Shown piece after piece: positions 61,416 to 64,000 of a stretch of DNA of 64,000 bases (positions within the stretch are counted from its first letter, which is position 1; each line of letters begins with the position of its first letter). The DNA lies in NCBI GenBank assembly GCA_028707815.1, contig JAQWAE010000004.1, positions 55,986 through 119,985 on the forward strand. The letters run 5' to 3'. The DNA comes from Bacteroidales bacterium. Lineage in GTDB: Bacteria > Bacteroidota > Bacteroidia > Bacteroidales > BM520. Position numbers and translations under genes: made by a program. The notes below the pieces were generated by a model. The model was given only the letters and a program-made list of their open reading frames with translations, ran no database searches and was not told the origin of the DNA.

Positions 61416-64000
61416 CTACAAATTTACTATTTTAATTTTTTTGTTGGAATTTTTAGCATTTACAACTACAAAATAAACGCCCTTAGCTTTATCACTCAAG
61501 TCAATATTGGCGATTTCAGAGCTATATGTATTGGTTTTCAATAGTTTACCAACTAAATCAAATACTGAAACGGTATATTGTTCTCCGGAATTTCCGGCAA
61601 CTTTCACATTAAACGAACCGTTAGATGGATTCGGATAAACTACCACATTCCCATTATCTTCATCTTCAAAGTCGTCAATTCCGACAAATGCTTCAAAATG
61701 AATATCATCTATAAATAAATTATTACCGGTAATTTTTACCGATTCAAATCTTATCAAAGCTGATTGAGAGCCTTTATAATATGACAAGTCGACAACATTA
61801 CATGGAGCTTGAGTGCCGCACCATTCATCGTTACTTGAAGGAATAAAGTTAGTGTACAGATGTTCTCTTGTTGCGAAACTATAAGAGCCGTCTTCAAAAT
61901 AAGTAGCAAGTCTATCCCACGTATTACCGCAATCTACAGAAATGCTTATGCACAATGAGTCCGAGTAGCTATTTCTTCCCAAGCAAAAAGCATGTCTAAA
62001 CGACATCATATAGTTGTCATCAAGATTCAGTAATGGGAGAGTAAAATAATCTCTTTCAGTGATATGAGTATATTTGAACAGATTAATATAAGCAGCGCCA
62101 TCGCCGTCAATGTCAATGAGTTCCCATGTTTTATCTCCATCAGGATTGTCCACTATTACGCCAAGTTCTTCAAAATTAGAAGCATCATTAAAGTCGAGTA
62201 CAAAAGTTATAGGACTTAATCCGACAGTAGTTAAATAATTTTCTTTGGTAACAGCAGAAATTCCGTTGCTATTGCTTACATTAAGTGTAACGGTGTATTC
62301 ATCGGGTTGAGTAAGCCGAATAATTGGATTTTGAGACGAAGCCGAATAACCTTCAGCAAACTCAAAAGTATTTGGTTGAACAGACCATTCCCAAGCGTTA
62401 GGGCATATAGAGCTGTTATCAAACAACTGAATTTCTGCACCTATGCAGACAGATGTAGAGAACACATAAAAATCTGCCTGAGGAGCCAAGTTATTACTAA
62501 CATTGATAAAGCCCTCTTTAACTTCGGTGTTAGAGCCATGAGTATTAGTAACAGTAAGTTTCACTGTTTTCAATCCGGGTTGAGAAAAAACGACTCCGGC
62601 AGGATTTTGTTCTGTGGAAGTAGCCGGCACGCCGTCTTCGAACTCCCAAAACCACTCGTCTACGACATAGAAAGATGTTGCGGTAAAGTCGACTTCGCAA
62701 TTTGTGGTTACCACTTCTTGAGAAGCAGTAAAATCAGCTTCAGGAGCAGTATTTAGGACTACTTCAAATGATATTGTCGGACCGCCGGCTTCGCCCACAT
62801 TACGGATATAAATACCTCCCGGCTGGTTGTTTATCAAAAAGCAAGGCGGATCAGTAGTGTCATTAAACTCTGTCCTTCCGGAATTCATCGAAAAATAAGC
62901 GTTGTCGACATCTCCATTAGTGGTAGTATTTACTCCGCCCGGTCTGAATACATACAATTCGTCTGGTGGACCGTCTGCATTGCCGTTTACTGATGGAAAC
63001 ACACGGTATATCAGCAATCCTTCGCCCGGCAACTTGCTATCGAAAGTATGAAGTTTATTTCTATATTCGAGCAAGAAAAACTCACCATTTGAATTAGGAG
63101 AGGCAATTTTATAAAAACAATTCTCTTGACTCCACGGCGTATGTAAGGTATAAACACCGCCTTCGGTGATTTCAGGAATGCTATTCAACCAACCACCGTA
63201 TTTATATTTCATATAAGCAGCCATTGTTTGAGCCGGATTAGTATTTCCGGACATCACATCCCAAGAGCCGATAGGAGTTATGGTATTATCACTATATCTA
63301 TACAAATCAGGCGAGCCAAGCGAGTGAAACATCTCGTGACACAGCACGCTGGCTTCGGAATCATTCAAATGAGTCTCAAGTTGAAAATTAAAATCGTACA
63401 CCTGTTTACCGTTGATATATACTTGTTCCCCATACAAAACCCATCTGTGAGGCCACAAAAGAGTTGCCCATGCCGTAGGCGCTCCCCTGACAACGAACAC
63501 AACATTATCAACTAAACCATCGTCATTATAATCTAAATTCAAATCTGTCGGCACCATACCGGCTATATATTCAGTCGCATCTTTCAGAAGTTTAAACTCT
63601 CTCTCCGCTCGCTGATTGCCGTTTTCGTTATAGCCAAGTGGCGCATTAACAGCATCATAAGGCATATAATATTGACGCGGATGCTCATCTTGATAAGACA
63701 AAATAGTTGTAGTCTCCGTCAATGGATAAAAAGAGGAAACTATACTGAGTTGATGATAAGATGCTTGATAAAAATAATTCAATAATGATTGATAAGTGTT
63801 ATCATCATTTTTATCAAACATATTCCAATAATGAGTTGTATCTTCCGGAAAGTCGGTTTGGTCGGCAAAGCGGATATACACCACAAGGTTATTCATCACG
63901 CCGACATTTTTAGGACTTTTAGGTTCTCTATATTCTTTAATGGAAGTCTTATCCGGAACATCTTTCCACATAGCGTTTTTGCGTGCAATTTTAGCCTCAG
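61416..64000 (-). CDS. M6-type (immune-inhibitor-A-like) metalloprotease with two PKD domains and a T9SS sorting domain; the N-terminus probably lies beyond the window
   Basis: HEMFH zinc motif in ...CHEMFHSLGSPDLY. Two PKD-like repeats and a C-terminal VVVYPNPSNGSFNV sorting domain. The frame stays open upstream of Met 63971 to the window edge. Confidence 0.75.
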   Translation of the reverse strand, partial: EAKIARKNAMWKDVPDKTSIKEYREPKSPKNVGVMNNLVVYIRFADQTDFPEDTTHYWNMFDKNDDNTYQSLLNYFYQASYHQLSIVSSFYPLTETTTILSYQDEHPRQYYMPYDAVNAPLGYNENGNQRAEREFKLLKDATEYIAGMVPTDLNLDYNDDGLVDNVVFVVRGAPTAWATLLWPHRWVLYGEQVYINGKQVYDFNFQLETHLNDSEASVLCHEMFHSLGSPDLYRYSDNTITPIGSWDVMSGNTNPAQTMAAYMKYKYGGWLNSIPEITEGGVYTLHTPWSQENCFYKIASPNSNGEFFLLEYRNKLHTFDSKLPGEGLLIYRVFPSVNGNADGPPDELYVFRPGGVNTTTNGDVDNAYFSMNSGRTEFNDTTDPPCFLINNQPGGIYIRNVGEAGGPTISFEVVLNTAPEADFTASQEVVTTNCEVDFTATSFYVVDEWFWEFEDGVPATSTEQNPAGVVFSQPGLKTVKLTVTNTHGSNTEVKEGFINVSNNLAPQADFYVFSTSVCIGAEIQLFDNSSICPNAWEWSVQPNTFEFAEGYSASSQNPIIRLTQPDEYTVTLNVSNSNGISAVTKENYLTTVGLSPITFVLDFNDASNFEELGVIVDNPDGDKTWELIDIDGDGAAYINLFKYTHITERDYFTLPLLNLDDNYMMSFRHAFCLGRNSYSDSLCISISVDCGNTWDRLATYFEDGSYSFATREHLYTNFIPSSNDEWCGTQAPCNVVDLSYYKGSQSALIRFESVKITGNNLFIDDIHFEAFVGIDDFEDEDNGNVVVYPNPSNGSFNVKVAGNSGEQYTVSVFDLVGKLLKTNTYSSEIANIDLSDKAKGVYFVVVNAKNSNKKIKIVNL

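Overview
AT-rich chromosomal window from a member of the Bacteroidota, probably an anaerobic Bacteroidales. Supporting signals are TAnnTTTG-type -7 promoter boxes, a 287-aa primary sigma factor, T9SS C-terminal sorting domains, a split transketolase and an [FeFe] hydrogenase. The window holds about 60 protein genes and one tRNA-Val(GAC). I saw no rRNA, no CRISPR array and no intact transposase or integrase. Housekeeping genes (M16 peptidase, sugar transferase, pcm, transketolase, pnuC, comEC, htrA, rpoD, rpmB, rimM) surround three notable regions. (1) 18.6-23.1 kb: a HydABC-type electron-bifurcating [FeFe]-hydrogenase operon led by a thioredoxin-like ferredoxin relic that has lost its Cys ligands. 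(2) 30.1-53.2 kb: a 24-gene, 23-kb single-strand operon for an aryl-polyene/flexirubin-type (type II PKS-like) pigment. It starts with a tyrosine-ammonia-lyase-like gene and has no dialkylresorcinol KAS III gene. It also carries extra tailoring and anchor genes: a B12-radical SAM enzyme, a CrtI-like flavoprotein, a secreted hydrolase, an orphan protein and an MMPL-acyltransferase-methyltransferase fusion. (3) 53.2-56.2 kb: a decayed restriction-modification pair sits between the two halves of a repeat unit that is contiguous upstream of the hydrogenase operon. Next to it is a translationally coupled radical-SAM / MenA-like prenyltransferase pair. A ~70-nt repeat module (core GTAGATTCA) lies in the same relative orientation upstream of four operons. 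CDS coordinates follow the supplied ORF track. Several starts were moved to internal ATGs because the track also opens ORFs at TTG/GTG codons. Coordinates I derived by hand for RNA, repeat, promoter and terminator features may be off by a few nt. Family assignments rest on motifs read by eye and recalled family patterns; no database search was possible.
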